DNA of 64,000 bases, taken from assembly GCF_001194135.2 (NCBI RefSeq), contig NC_068990.1, forward strand, positions 25,219,060-25,283,059, in the 5' to 3' direction. Below are positions 1 to 13,210 of the stretch, piece by piece. The notes beneath the pieces were generated by a model that saw only the letters and a program-made list of their open reading frames with translations, was not told the origin of the DNA and did no database searches. Positions within the stretch are counted from its first letter, which is position 1. Each line of letters opens with the position of its first letter. A program made the translations under genes and the position numbers. This DNA is from Octopus bimaculoides. Taxonomy: Eukaryota.

Positions 1-310
1 GAAGACTTCGGGCTCGACAACAGCAATTTCACAAACCACACACATTTGAGTGTGATTAGTGTAACACCAATGTACAGTCACCATCTGGCATAATAAGCAA
101 CTTTTTTCTAAAAAACAAAGATTTTGTATTGGTTCAGTCTGTCTACCTGACAATATGTACCTGTCTACCTTTCACATTGTGACCAATGGATATTGGTGAT
201 ATTCAGATATCCACCTTCTATTGCTGACATCAAGTTAAGGCCATGGTATAAATTCAAAAGGTATGTAAAACAACATTATGTGTGTGTGCATGTATAAATA
301 TATTCTATAT

Positions 311-511
311 TCTTTTACTTGTTTCAGTCATTTGATTGCGGCCATACTGGAGCAGCACCTTTCGTCAAACTGACCCCAGGACTTATTCTTCACCAGCCTA
401 GTACTTATTCTATCGGTCTCTTATGCTGAACTGCTAAGTTACGAGGACGTACACACACCAGCATCAGTTGTCAAGCGATGGTGGGGGGGACAAACACAGA
501 TACACAAGTAT

Positions 512-543
<32 letters not shown>

Positions 544-579
544 NNNNNNNNNNNNNNNNNNNNNNNNNNNNNNNNNNNN

Positions 580-633
<54 letters not shown>

Positions 634-792
634 GACAGGCTTCTTTCAGTTTCCATCTACCAAATCCACTCACAAGGCTTTGGTCGGCCCGAGGCTATAG
701 TAGGAGACATTTGCCCAAGGTGCCATGCAGTGGGACTGAACCTGGAACCATGTGGTTGGTAAGCAAGCTACTTACCACACAGCCACTCCTGC
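311..792 (-). mobile_element. tRNA-derived SINE family A, full length, with internal (CA)n and N gap
   Basis: Minus strand head TGGCTGTGTGGTAAG (A box) and GGTTCAGTCCC (B box), then ACCTTGGGCAA (CORE-like) and a tail ending GACTGAAACAAGTAAAAGA; same sequence recurs many times in the window. Confidence 0.88.
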
Positions 793-934
793 ATACACAC
801 ACACACACATATATAGAAACAATACACTTATGTATGTGTACACACACATATATATTCAACACACACATCACAAAATAACAGTTGCAATCATATCTTGTTG
901 CTATTAGACACAGAACATTACAGAGAGAAAGAGT

Positions 935-965
<31 letters not shown>

Positions 966-1135
966 TCTGGTTAAAACTAAAGGTAAAAGTACCATTTAAG
1001 TGTACTTAAGTGTACACCTTTAGTGGCTGACCATTGGAGTAGTTGGTGGGTGGTGGCAAAGGAGAGGATCTTCAGCAGTGACCAGCTGAGTGATATTGCA
1101 GTGGTTATTAAAAATAAAATAAAAACAAATGTTAA

Positions 1136-1322
1136 TGATTATGATGATAATGAAGGAGATGATAATAATGGAGGTGCTCACAACATAGATGAAGACCAAG
1201 AGGACAATGACAAAAGCGACAATGGAGATAGAGGTGATGATGACAACAAAGCCAATAAAGATGATGGTGATGAATAATGAGGAATGTTAAGATAAAAATA
1301 ATAATGAAGATGATGATGATGA
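1136..1322. repeat. Degenerate (GAT/GAC/AAT)n trinucleotide microsatellite
   Basis: Visible GATGAT/GACAAT periodicity; explains the D/N-rich ORF 1023-1277. Confidence 0.85.
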
Positions 1323-1592
1323 CCTGAGAGGAAAATCATAACTATGGTTTGAACAATGAAAGTTTTGATTGAAGAGTTTAAAGTCAGAGGTTAAAGGACA
1401 ACATTTATACTTGTTCCTAGAAGTTCCATTTGCTTTGCCAATAACTTAAAATAGCTTCAAAAGTAGCAGAGACAGAAAGAGAGAAGGAAACAGCAGAGAG
1501 AAAGAGAGAGAGAGCTGTTATTTCTCTGTTACACCGAAATCTAGTGAACTGATAGTGTACAACATGACACAGAGAAAGTAAACTTAGATACA

Positions 1593-1627
<35 letters not shown>

Positions 1628-1990
1628 TCTCTCCCTCTCTCTCAGCAGCCATATCATGTTCTGTGTTTTTCTGGTAAAAAGATACCACTTCAAGAGTGAA
1701 ACACGATATCAACTCAACAGTTCCATTCTTCAAACATCCTCCACACTGAAGATGATGATGTATTAAATCATAATCTCTAGTAATTCCAGCCAATGTTGTA
1801 ATCAACTAGATTAGCGGAAGGGGTGGGGTGCGGCATATAAAAACAGAAATTACACCCATCAACAGAGGTGTGGGCTTTGGGTAAATCGCGCGCACGCACA
1901 CACACACACACACTCACTAAGACTTTATTTAGTCTGTTTGGCTTTGTTTTATTATTATTACTATTAGTAGTAGTAATACTACTACTACTA

Positions 1991-2590
1991 AGATGGTGAG
2001 CTGGCAGAATTGTTAGCACATCAGACAAAATGCTTAGTGGCATTTCTTCAAGCTGTTTACGTTCTGGGTTCAAATTCCATCAAAGTCAACTTTACTGTTC
2101 TTCTTCTCTGGCTCAATAAAATAAGTACCAGTTAGACACTGGGGTCAATATAATCAACTAGCTCCCTCTCCCAAGATTTCAGACCTTGTGCCTGTAGTAG
2201 AAAGAATTAATATTAAAGTGGCAATCCGACAGGATTATCAGTGCATCAAACAAAATGCTTAGTAGCATATCTTCTGGCTCGTTACATTCTGAGTTCAAAT
2301 TCCACTGAAGTCAACTTTGCCTTCTATTTTTCTGGGGTCGATAAAATGAGTATCATTCAAGTACTGGAGTCAACGTAATTGACTTGTCCCCTTCCGAAAT
2401 TTCTGGCCTTCTGCCTATAGTAGAAAGGATCATTATTGTTAAAATAGCAGGCTGGCAGAATTATTAGTGCAAGTTCAAATTCCACTGTAGCTGATTTTGC
2501 CTTTTATCTTTTTGGAGTTGAAATAAAGTACAAGTACTGACGATGATGTAATTTACTTGATTCCTTGGCCTAGTGCCAAAATTTGAAGCC
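1991..2590 (+). mobile_element. Three head-to-tail copies of tRNA-derived SINE family B (about 1991-2207, 2216-2430, 2444-2590)
   Basis: Each has TGGCAGAAT-like A box, GTTCAAATTCC B box and GATAAAATAAGTA...GGGGTC body; flanked by (TTA/CTA)n. Confidence 0.85.
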
Positions 2591-2729
2591 ATTATTATTA
2601 TTATTATTATTACTATTATTATTGTTGCTGGAACATTCAAGTAGTATCAAATATAATTGTATAAACCACTAAGTTACATGTTCATTACAGAAAATTCTTA
2701 TCACCACTGAGGGTATTTCTATCTTATGT

Positions 2730-3135
2730 ATGTATAGGTGTATGTGTGCATGTATATGAGTATACACACACATACATATACACACAAAGATGCATTTACA
2801 TATACAGATAAATGTATACATACCTATATACACATTTACAAAGACATGCAGGCATATACACATATATACATGCACACACACACGCACGCATGCATACATA
2901 CACATCATATATGCACACACACACATATGCATATACACATATCTTCATATATGTACACACACACAGATACATATATGCATATAAACACATCATATAAGCA
3001 CATATACAGACACACATATATGCATTTACACACATAAGCACACATACACACACACACACACATATCTTCATATATGCACACATACAACACACACATGCAA
3101 ATGCACACACAATATACACAAGCACACACACAAGA
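2730..3135. repeat. Complex (CA)/(TA) microsatellite tract
   Basis: Alternating CA/TA dinucleotides; source of the H/T/Y/I/C/V/M ORFs. Confidence 0.9.
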
Positions 3136-4702
3136 CCCAAGTATAAAGTCCTGAATGTCAATCTTTAGAAAATTCTATCATTTATTTAACCAAAAGGTGG
3201 GTTAAAGTGACAGAAAGAGGACGAGATGGAATGTCTGGCTGTATCTAGGGTTGCTGACTGTCTTTCATTTGTCTAGCATTGATAAAATAAGCACCAGGTA
3301 CTGACTGGTGACGGTGACAGTGATGGGTGGAATGCGTTAATTCAGTCGACAGTCCCCACCCATTTACAAAATGTGTAGCGCTGTACCTGTACAAGAAATT
3401 ATTTCATGTCTGGGTCATCAAAGTGTAGAAGATACCAAACTGTCACCTTCATGCTATCCCCCAAGGCTGTAAGTGATAATAGCACAAGCATTGAAGTAGA
3501 TAGAGTGTGTACCACTCAGGGTAACCCACAAGTTTGCAACCCCACACCCCACCCTCCAGGCCGACAAGCCTATACAACAACCCCAAAAGCACGGCTCTTA
3601 TAAAAGCATTGCCTAAGGCAGATCTCCCCCTTTGGTGTAAGGGTTCCAGCCAGGAATTGAAACCGGGTTGTAGACATATGGTTTGCCAAAAACTTTACTG
3701 CCATATTTTGGTGAATAAGAATTGCATTGAATAAAGTTGTACAGATTTATTGCATTGGGTTGGAAGCAGAGTTAAATTTAGAAGGTTGTGTTAAGTTTTC
3801 ATATTAGAAGAAATAAGTTTGAACAAAGGTAAAAGATCAAAGAATGAGAATTCCTCAAATAAGAATGATCTTCCATATGCAAAGAATTTTTAAAATACTG
3901 TTAATAAAAAGTCAAATATATTAGCTGGAAAAAAAAAAAGAAGAACAGCCTAAAACTGTGACATTTTATAGATGTGTGAGAGTTTTTTTTTTAATATAAT
4001 GCTTAAAATACTTAAAAGGGTGAGAAAATAAAATACGTAGAAAATTGTTTCTTTGCAACAAGATTAAAAACAAGTTAAATAACATTGTGTAGTAAAAGAT
4101 GTCTGGTTTTAATAGTAAGTACAAATACNNNNNNNNNNNNNNNNNNNNNNNNNNNNNNNNNNNNNNNNNNNNNNNNNNNNNNNNNNNNNNNNNNNNNNNN
4201 NNNNNNNNNNNNNNNNNNNNNNNNNNNNNNNNNNNNNNNNNAGTATGTAATGTAGGCAAAAATTAACCCTACCTGTTTCTCATGAAGCTGGAGTTGTGCA
4301 ACCAAGCAAGATTTTGCCTTTGAAAAAGCCATATTTTAATAAATAAGTATAATTCCAATGTAGTGCCTTTTCTTTTTTTTTTTTTCCCTCTCTCACACAC
4401 ACTTCTTTTCAAAGATAACAATACGTCAACATGTTGATATATAAGTCTGCAGAAATTTTGGATAGGAGTAGCAGAACAAAACCCAACCAACTACCTGCAA
4501 CACTTTGGTGCTACAGGTGGAGGGAAAACAGAATATAGAATGGGCTATTTTGGTGAGGAACAAACAAGCAACCAGCTACTGACCCCACTGGCAATTCATC
4601 CGCAATGAACATGAAAGTTGTGTAAGAAGGTGATATATTATTTTTTTTGCAGTAAACAGAACTTGAAAGAAAGAAAGACAGGTAGAGTGATACATACAAA
4701 GA

Positions 4703-4743
<41 letters not shown>

Positions 4744-5772
4744 GCAGGAGGTAATAATTTACAGACAGACAAAAATGCTAGACTTGTTGTTGATGTTGTG
4801 GATGTTATTAGTTAGACGTTAACTACCCGTCACATCACATCAACTCCAAGATATTGGTTTTCACCAGAACAACATAGGAATGGTAAGGAAACTAATCAAA
4901 GTACAGTGGAATCTTGCACCAAGTTAAAGGTTTATAAATAAATAAGTGACAAAGACGAGGAAGATTTTCATAGAGAGAGAGAGAAAGAGGGAATAAGGCG
5001 TAGCAGGTATCATTTACTGAAAGAGAAGAGGATTAAATAACGGCGTGAAGAAGAAATACAAAACCAAAGAAAAAGAATTAATGGAAATGTAAAAGAAAAC
5101 GAGAAACTGTCGAGTCTGGAGTTTAGATTTTACATTCTTAGAAATACTCTCAAATATAAATTATCTTGATTCCTATCAGGTTAAAAGGGAGGATTAGCTT
5201 AATATCAACATTTGTCACTGTTGGAAGATCTGACAAAACCATAAATCAGAAAATATCTAAATCTGCAACAAAGCATCATTTTATTTGTTTCATCACAACT
5301 TAGAGTCCAGACTGTCTTTCTACCATTTCTACTATTAAAGTGTTCTATGGACCTACCTTTGCTTTATGAGCTCACTAATGACCGACATACACTAACTTCT
5401 TCAGCCCAGCATATGTAATCCAGTTGAATTACCAGATTATATCAGTGGAACCAACTCTATTGAATATATTAGTCTTTGCAACTAACGAGATCTAACCAGG
5501 TGATATGATACCATAACCTAATTTAAGTTTATTTTCATTAAAACCAATTGTTCTATGGTTGCCCATTCTCTTTATTTACCAAACTCCACTGACTTACGGG
5601 ATAATATATTTTACACAAGAAGCATAATATGACATATATTTGGAGAAAGAATCACTAAGTAACCAACAGGGAAAGCACATCTTTAGACTTTCCTATCCAT
5701 CCCTGAACATAAACTAAACGGATATTACTAGTACCAGTAGCTGTGATAATTATGAAATGTAATTAACAGTAC

Positions 5773-5996
5773 TTAACTCTTTTGATACCAACCTACCCAA
5801 GATCACCCTTAGTTCTATGATACAAACTTCTTGTTTTAAAATGATCTAAATTAAAATTTTCCATCAAAATTTCATCTTAATTTATGTTCCAAAACATCAG
5901 TCTAACAATAGTCTTTACCACATTCTTTATTATTTTCAAAATTAACTGAAACAAAAACAGTGAATTTCAACAGAAATGTGGTAATGAAAGGGTTAA
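5773..5996 (-). mobile_element. piggyBac-like MITE family 1
   Basis: TTAA|CTCTTTT...GAAAGGG|TTAA ends, about 220 bp non-coding body shared with many copies in the window. Confidence 0.72.
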
Positions 5997-6351
5997 ACAA
6001 GCAGGCTATCAACTTCAGAACTGGATTGATCAGGATTTTAGTTATCAAAGGAGGATTTAGTTCATTCAAACTTTTATTCTTCATCAGTATGCTTGAGACC
6101 CCTGCTTTAATTGTACCCAGTAACTACATCTGCATATAGAATTCCTTGTATTTTTTCTTTTTACTTGGACATTACTGTCATGTTTTGAGACTATTGGGTT
6201 AAGGATATTTCTTATAGTAACTGTGTGTCTTTCAGTTCAAATTCCAGCAATAATGAGATCAGTGTCACAAATACCTTGTCCTTAATAAAGGTTTCAAAGT
6301 TTAGAATGAAAATGAGGAGCTAAGGACTGAGCCTTGTTGAACACCTGCATT

Positions 6352-6765
6352 ATCATCACCATCATTTAGCATCCATTTTCCATGCTGGCATGAGTTGGAA
6401 GTCTGACTGGATCCTATGGGTTCAAGGACTACATTATGCACTGGTGTCTGCTCAGACATGGTTTCCACATCAGAATGCTCTTCCTAATGCCAAATACTTT
6501 ACAGAATGTACTGGGGGCTTTTCCGTGTCATCAGCACTCGTGCAATCGCCATGCAACTTACAAGACTGTAAAACCCAACAAAGGTAGCTTTATGCTAGGA
6601 GATGAAGGATTAAAGTATGAAAAAAAAGGGGTTAGAGCAGAACAGGTTTGTTGCTGTAGAGAGGGGCTACTTGGTTACATTTTGGAAGAGAAGATAAAGC
6701 TGATTGAGGTGGAGTCCAGAAGAGATAAAATTAGTGGTGATGAGATGAGTAAAGGTATGAGGTGA
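6352..6765 (-). mobile_element. Non-autonomous element with RTE-type 3' tail
   Basis: Plus strand CATCATTTAGCATCCATTTTCCATGCTGGCATG is the reverse complement of the 3' end seen on the RTE UTR at 39.6-40.0 kb. Confidence 0.7.
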
Positions 6766-7608
6766 GTAAAAGTGAGTATCTTCATGCAATGAATTCCTAG
6801 TCAAGTTTAGCACATTCATACTTGGTGTAAACAATCCTTGGGATTCATTTATCAACATTTTACCTCCTCGTTCTCAGTTGGACAGTAAAATATAGAACAG
6901 CCAGTTGAGCTCTTGTAGAACATAGCAATAGGGCATAGAAATGTCATTTCTATTAGTCAATGAGTTTGGAGGCCACTGAGGGGATTATGCTTCACTAAAG
7001 AAGTTTAATAAGGTTGAAACATAACCTGAATTGTCACCATTGGTGACAAAAATCAAGCTCACTTTCCTACACTGCATATTTCTTTTTCTATTTTAGTTGA
7101 TTGAAATTACAGAAATTCTCTCCCTTGGATGCTCTGAGAATAATTTTCATTAACATAACTTCTCATCAAAGTTATAATTTTAATAAATTAAAAATTATTT
7201 TCAGTGCACCATCTCAAGTATGAAAGCTGGTACTTAACCAATAGTACTACCACTTCAATGGTGGTCAAAAGGACTGGTGATACCTTTACCATTTTAATGA
7301 TTCTAGCAGAGGTTCTCGCAACTTTGTCATACCCTGAACTGTTTTGCCCATCATTTACCCCCTAAACTTTACAGCTAACAATCTAAATAACTCCTAGTCT
7401 TCATGGTACTTTTTGTTTGGTAATCTACTCTCATGACACTTCTGTGTATTTGTCAATACAGATACCTTCCTACGACAATGTGTGTGTATGCGTGCATGTG
7501 CACATACAAACATACATACGTCCATCCATCCATACAGCCCCATACATTCTGGTTTAACTTGTAGCTTGGCTTCTGGCCAGGTAAACCAGTTATTTCACCT
7601 TCTCTCAA

Positions 7609-7652
<44 letters not shown>

Positions 7653-8440
7653 TCATGATATTTAGAAGTTGAAAGTGATCTAAGATTTTCTTCCATTCCT
7701 CCCCTACAACATGTAGAAACAAACAATCTTATGGAAGTTCAGCTTTTCTGTTTTAATGTTACAGTTGCCACAACACTAACCTACATCCCACCACCATTTC
7801 TATTGCTACCATCTGTTTAACACTTCTTCAATCATGCATTGAGTTTGAAAGGGCTTCAAAAATCACCCCTCATCCCTCCCTAATATTCTCTCCCCAGGGA
7901 CACTTCCAGACCCTGAAATTCTGAACATTTCAAGGTCTACCTCCTTTGATAAATTTTTACGCTGCCTTACAGAGCACTACTACAATCTCAATAAATTCTT
8001 TCTTCATTTTGTCACTGCCACCCCTCACCCCCCACAACCCATCCATCATCATCCTCAATTCTTTCTAAGTCATCCAATATGCTATATGATTCCAAAATTC
8101 TCTTTTATTCCAATCTGTATCCATTACTTACATTGTACATACCATTCCACATTGAACTTGGTTTACTAAAATACTCGATATTAATCTATGTTTATGTAAA
8201 CACATGCTCACACAAACACAGATTACTATACCACAGACAAGAATCTGGTCTCCATTTGGGGGGAAACAATAAAACAATATAACAGATATATAACTGGAAA
8301 TAACTTAATGGCAACTACGGTAAACTTGTCATGGCTCTTTCCTATGTTCAAAATAGTTTGCACAGCATTTTGAAAAGTTGCTACACATGAATAATTTTTC
8401 AAACTTATATCATCGTAAGATACAACATGTAATCCTTTTA

Positions 8441-8812
8441 TTCTTTTACTGGTTTCAGTCATTTGACTGTGGCCATGCTGGAGCACCGCTTTTAGTCGAA
8501 CAAATCGACCCGAGGACTCATTCTTTGTAAGCCTAGTACTTATTCTATTGGTCTCTTTTTGCTGAACTGCTAAGTTACGGGAACATAAACACACCAACAT
8601 CGGCTGTCAAGTGATGGTGGGGGCACAAACACAGACACACATATATATATATAAGACAGGCTTCTTTCAGTTTCCATCTACCAAATCCACTCACAAGGCT
8701 TTGGTTGGCCCAAGACTATAGTAGAAGACACTTGCCCAAGGTGCCATACAGTAGGACTGAACCCAGGACCATGTGGTTTGGAAGCAACCTCCTTACCACA
8801 AGCCATGCCTGT
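8441..8812 (-). mobile_element. SINE family A, full length
   Basis: Collinear with 311-792 copy; A/B boxes, CORE-like segment, tail. Confidence 0.88.
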
Positions 8813-8852
8813 GAAAAATTATTCACTAATAATTTATTATTCTTAAATAGAA

Positions 8853-9315
8853 TAGGTGCAGGTGTGGCTCTGTGAGGTAAGAAGTTTGCTTCTCAACCAC
8901 ACAGTTTCAGGTTCAGTCTCACTATGTGGCACCTTGGGCAAAGTGTCTTCTATTAAAGCTCCAATCAACTGGAGCCCTGTAAGTAGATTTGGTAGAATCA
9001 GAGAGAAACCCTTCTCTCTCTGCGTGCGTGCGTGCGTGCGTGCGTGCGTGTGTTCAGTCTTGTGCGCACTCACGTGTAAGTGCATGTCTCTTAGCCTTTG
9101 CCTCACACAATAACTGTGAATGAGTGACACTGCTACACAGGCAGTGGCATTCATTTCCAACCTTCCATAGGAACATGTCTGATCATGAGAAATATTATCT
9201 TGGTTGGAAATAAGTGAGGGTTAGTGATAAGGAATGGCATTGGGAAATCTGCCTCAGGGGATTCCATCTAACCCACCCGAGCATAGAAATGTGGCCATTA
9301 AAAGGGTGAGGATGA
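8853..9315 (+). mobile_element. SINE family A head joined to RTE-like tail
   Basis: GGTGTGGCT...GGTTCAGTCTC...ACCTTGGGCAA head, (GCGT)n, then tail ending GCATAGAAATGTGGCCATTAAAA..GATGAT. Confidence 0.78.
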
Positions 9316-9359
9316 TTCTAGCAGTCTCTCTTCACTTGTGCCCAGTTTATAGATAAGCT

Positions 9360-9610
9360 ATACATGTACCACTTCTATTCCATCAGCTACTGCAATAGTT
9401 CTTCACAGATACAAAACACTATCCGACTATTCTAAATTATCAAGCTGCTGCACCTACAAGATCTGCTGTTGACCCTGCTGGGATTCTCATCTAATCATTC
9501 TACATTAAAAACATGCCACCCATCCCTTTCTTCTTGAGGAATTTTGTGATTTGGAACAGCCTGACTGAGGATGAATGCATTCCGAACTGAAGTCAGCTGA
9601 AAATGTCAAC
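9360..9610 (+). mobile_element. Degenerate LINE (Jockey/CR1-like) ORF2 3' fragment
   Basis: Translates FYSISYCNSSSQ... and FFLRNFVIWNSLTED, resembling the FFxRxxxxWNSLP C-terminal motif. Confidence 0.4.
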
Positions 9611-9745
9611 TGTACCAAACAAACCTATTCTTTTCTTAACATTTGTTTATACATGGGAACAGCCAATGAAATTAACTCCTTACTGCACACCAAAAGGATC
9701 TACAAAATCTAGGGCCCCACTACCACCACCACCTTTTTTTTATAT

Positions 9746-9955
9746 CTAACCTTTTTGTTACCATATTTCTGCTGGAAAACACTACCTTTGTTTCAATTAA
9801 TTTGGAACTAATGAAGGAAGAATTTAGTAAAACAACTCATTATTAAGCTGGTGTTTGCAATGTAAATTAAAATAGAATTTTTATGGAAGGTTTTAATTTA
9901 AATCAATTTAAAACAGGAATTTGTATCATAGAACCAGCAGCAATTTCAGTCAGTC
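9746..9955 (+). mobile_element. piggyBac-like MITE family 1, 3' degenerate
   Basis: CTAACCTTTTTGTTACCATATTTCTG start and GAATTTAGTAAAA...AAGCTGGTGTTTG body. Confidence 0.65.
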
Positions 9956-10171
9956 TGCTTTAATATAAAATTTGTTTGAATATAACATCTAAGTAAATGT
10001 AATTTGAAAGATTACATTAAATGAAATTAAAACATACAGAGTAAAAGAATTTATTAAGGAAACTGTACATATAAAAAAGGAAGTCACACCAAACAACCCA
10101 AACTAATATTTATCAACAACTTGTTCTTAGAAACAAAATTGCCCTTACCAAATCTTCATTCATAGAAACCC

Positions 10172-10417
10172 TTAACCCCTTTATTACCATATTTCTGTTG
10201 AAATACTCTACCATTGTTTGAATTAATTTTGAAAATAATTAGAATTTAGTAAAATAATTGTCATTCTTTTTTCTGGTGTTTGGAACCTAAATTAACAAAG
10301 TTTGAATGAATGATAGAACCACAAGGCAGCTTCAAAATGGTTTGTATTACTGCAAAACAAGAAATGTGTTTCATAGAGCCAGGGCAGTCATGGGTGGGTT
10401 GGTATCAAAAGAATTAA
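10172..10417 (+). mobile_element. piggyBac-like MITE family 1
   Basis: TTAA|CCCCTTT...GGTATCAAAAGAA|TTAA. Confidence 0.72.
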
Positions 10418-11083
10418 AATACACAAGAAGTCACTCTGTACACCCACATGGTTACATCATTTGTACAAGATTCAATTTCTGTCTCCTTACGTTTCTGTTT
10501 TTTTTATATGAATTACTCTATTTATGAATACTTTCTTTGGTTTAGGTAATTTTAGAATATTAACCAGTTCTTTATTTTTATATCTATCCATTTTATATCT
10601 TTTATTTTTTCCCCCCATCAGACAAAATGATTTTGTTGTGAGAATCAAGAAGATTCTTAAAAAAAACACACAGGTGTCCATCCTTATGTACACATTTACA
10701 GCTGTAACACTCCAAATACACAAACACACCTTTCTTTCTCTTAATAATGATAATAAAGCATAGATTAATATTATACCCTCATCACAACCCAATAATAATA
10801 TTATCCTTCTCCTCCCCCTCCACCTTATCATTAGTCCCATCATTATCCCACCACCATCAACTTCCTCCTCCTTCTCCTCCTCCTCTTTATCTTCTGTATC
10901 CCAGACATTAAAATGTCTGCTTCACTAGTAATAACTGCTCTACATCAATATCTAAATCTGTTGCTGTGATTTAACAGTTAATGAAGTCAGACAGTACAAA
11001 AAAAAAAATAACAAAATACAACACAAGAAAGTTCCAGAAGAAATGTTCCAAAAAACAAAAAGAACAACTCTGAGGGCAAGATA

Positions 11084-11114
11084 GAGAAGAAGAAGAAGAA
11101 GAAGAAGAAGAAGA
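11084..11114. repeat. (GAA)n microsatellite
   Basis: Directly visible. Confidence 0.95.
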
Positions 11115-11620
11115 AAGAATGAACACAGACACATTGGAAGGAAGAAATGAACAAAAATTCACATCTATAGGTGGGGTGGTGATGGTGACAGCAGTGGTGG
11201 TTCTCCATCATTCAACAATGAGGATTCACTTGTTTGATCTACTGAATTACCTGCCCCTAAATTAAAACATAAGTGGCTGAGTATTCCACAGACCTGTACC
11301 TTTCATGTAATTCTCAGATAGAATCCGTTTGATGCAGTGTGTGTCTAACATAGCTGTACCTTTTAAATTACAGATATACAATAATCCCTTGCCATATTGC
11401 AGTTTATTATTTAAGCTTATATTGATTCTTCTGTGGAGTTGTTTTGCATTTATAATAAAAAAAATATATACAAATTATAAAAATAATTTTTAAAAATATA
11501 CAGTACAGTACTGTTTCTACTTCGAAGATTTTCACCCATCGCAGGGGTTTTTGGATCATAACACCAGCAATAGTCGAAGGATTACTGTAACCCACTTGAT
11601 GGGCTTCTGCACAGTTTCCT

Positions 11621-11819
11621 ATTTCTTTACTGCCCACAAGGGGCTACACACAGAGGGGACAAATGGATTAAGTCGATTATATCGACCCCAGTGCGTAACT
11701 GGTACTTATTTAATCGACCTTGAAAGGATGAAAGGCAAAGTCAACCTCAGCGGAATTTGAACTCAGAACCTCATGGTTGCAATGCAAACTTCTTAACCAT
11801 TCAGCCATATTGCACCTGC
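11621..11819 (-). mobile_element. Chimeric SINE: family A-type tRNA head plus family B body and tail
   Basis: Minus strand TGGCTGAATGGTTAAGAAGTTTGC...CAACCATG (family A type) runs into GAGTTCAAATTCCGCTGAGGTTGACTTTGCC (family B). Confidence 0.75.
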
Positions 11820-12572
11820 GCACATCCCTGAATGACATATTTGTTTGAAACTTCACTTGAAAGATTTATTTGGTTGCTATTCTGACTCTCTCACTTGTGT
11901 ATATTCTAATAACAAGGAACTTAGTGTGTGCATGTATGTATGTAAGCAAGCATACATACATAGTGTGGTTGATAGCCATATATTCTTCTTTGCTGGCTGT
12001 TAATGTTAGATAGGTTGTGTGTAGACATTGACCACACCTAAGTTTGAATGTTCAAATACTTAATCCACATCATTATATTTACAAATGTACATCTCATAAA
12101 TTAATGGAATAACATTCAACGAACATAATGGTTAGGGGGTTTCTGTAACACAACTTGCTAGATAATATTATGAAAATAGTGCAAGGAATTTAATTCACTA
12201 CCTATAATTATAATTAATGCTTTTTACCCAATGCTCCAGTTTAAAGTTGGGGTCATTTGTTGAGTATGACATTAGCATGTTACATAAGNNNNNNNNNNNN
12301 NNNNNNNNNNNNNNNNNNNNNNNNNNNNNNNNNNNNNNNNNNNNNNNNNNNNNNNNNNNNNNNNNNNNNNNNNNNNNNNNNNNNNNNNNNAGCAAACCCA
12401 CTCATGTGACAATTTTCTTTTTAGGAAAAGTAGTAAAATATGACAGAACAATAATGTGAGAAGATAGCAACACTGGGGAGGGGGGAAAGCTGTAAAATAA
12501 AATATAATGGAAAAAATAGATCTTGCTTCAGAGATTCAAATCTTACAATGTAAATAAAGAAAAAGTACTTAC

Positions 12573-12665
12573 TTGGAAATGTAGAATAATAGTCCATATT
12601 AGTCCTAGAGTTAATTTAGGGTTTCCATCAACTATTTCATCAGCTCGAATATTTACAAGTTTGAT
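12573..12665 (-). CDS. shot: Spectraplakin CH1 C-terminal coding exon, 93 nt
   Basis: ctctattcatttcAG|ATC...CAA|GTaagta; translates [31 protein letters not shown], the conserved end of CH1 in spectrin-superfamily actin-binding domains. Confidence 0.97.
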
Positions 12666-13210
12666 CTGAAATGAATAGAGTATAAAAGATTTAAATTATA
12701 AGAGCAAAGAAAAGGGAGGGACATATATACATGTACAGTAGTACCTCATTTTACGAGGACCCGCTTTGTGAGACCCTGGATTTATGAGTTTTATTTTCTG
12801 TTTAATGTGTTTTCGCTTTATGGGCATTCTCCAGGAATGAATAAACTCGTATATCGAGGCATTACTGTATTTATATATAAGTTCTACATACATCTACAGA
12901 TGCAATATTTGGTCACATCATCAGCATTGTATCCTAGGGTTACTGGGTGTTTCAGCTCTTACAACATACACCTCCATTTAGGTGACTCAGCCTTAGGCCT
13001 GTGTCCAAGTGAAATTCTGCTGACTCCACTGATTATGACTATTCAACCAGAGCCATTTGGAAGCTTTCTTGGCCTCCTCTACATTATTCTTGATGATTTG
13101 TTTGTACATTCCTGTAATGCCCAGGAATTCATAGGTGTTCACTCTGGAAATTACCTGTGAACCCTTAATTGGCAAACACTTGTGTCCCTACATATCACAC
13201 ACACATACAC

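Noticed and set aside
439-3161. Many ORFs of CV/HT/YI/D-N repeats (also at 15.2-16.6, 24.4, 35, 38.4, 40.4, 45.8, 50, 54.5-55.2 kb)
   Set aside because: Translations of CA/TA/GAT microsatellites, which lack stop codons; no splice or domain support
3375-3740. Possible solo LTR (TG...CA, TATAAAA near 3598, AATAAA near 3729)
   Set aside because: No TSD and no second copy; these motifs are common in AT-rich DNA
4495-4510. 16-nt minus-strand exon candidate after a strong polypyrimidine tract
   Set aside because: Not frame-preserving and donor GTAGTT is weak
12768-13160. 130-aa ORF with GSFLGLLYIILDDLF, reminiscent of LINE RT GSxLGPLLFxIYIxDL
   Set aside because: Single weak motif, no flanking RT motifs recognised; needs an HMM search
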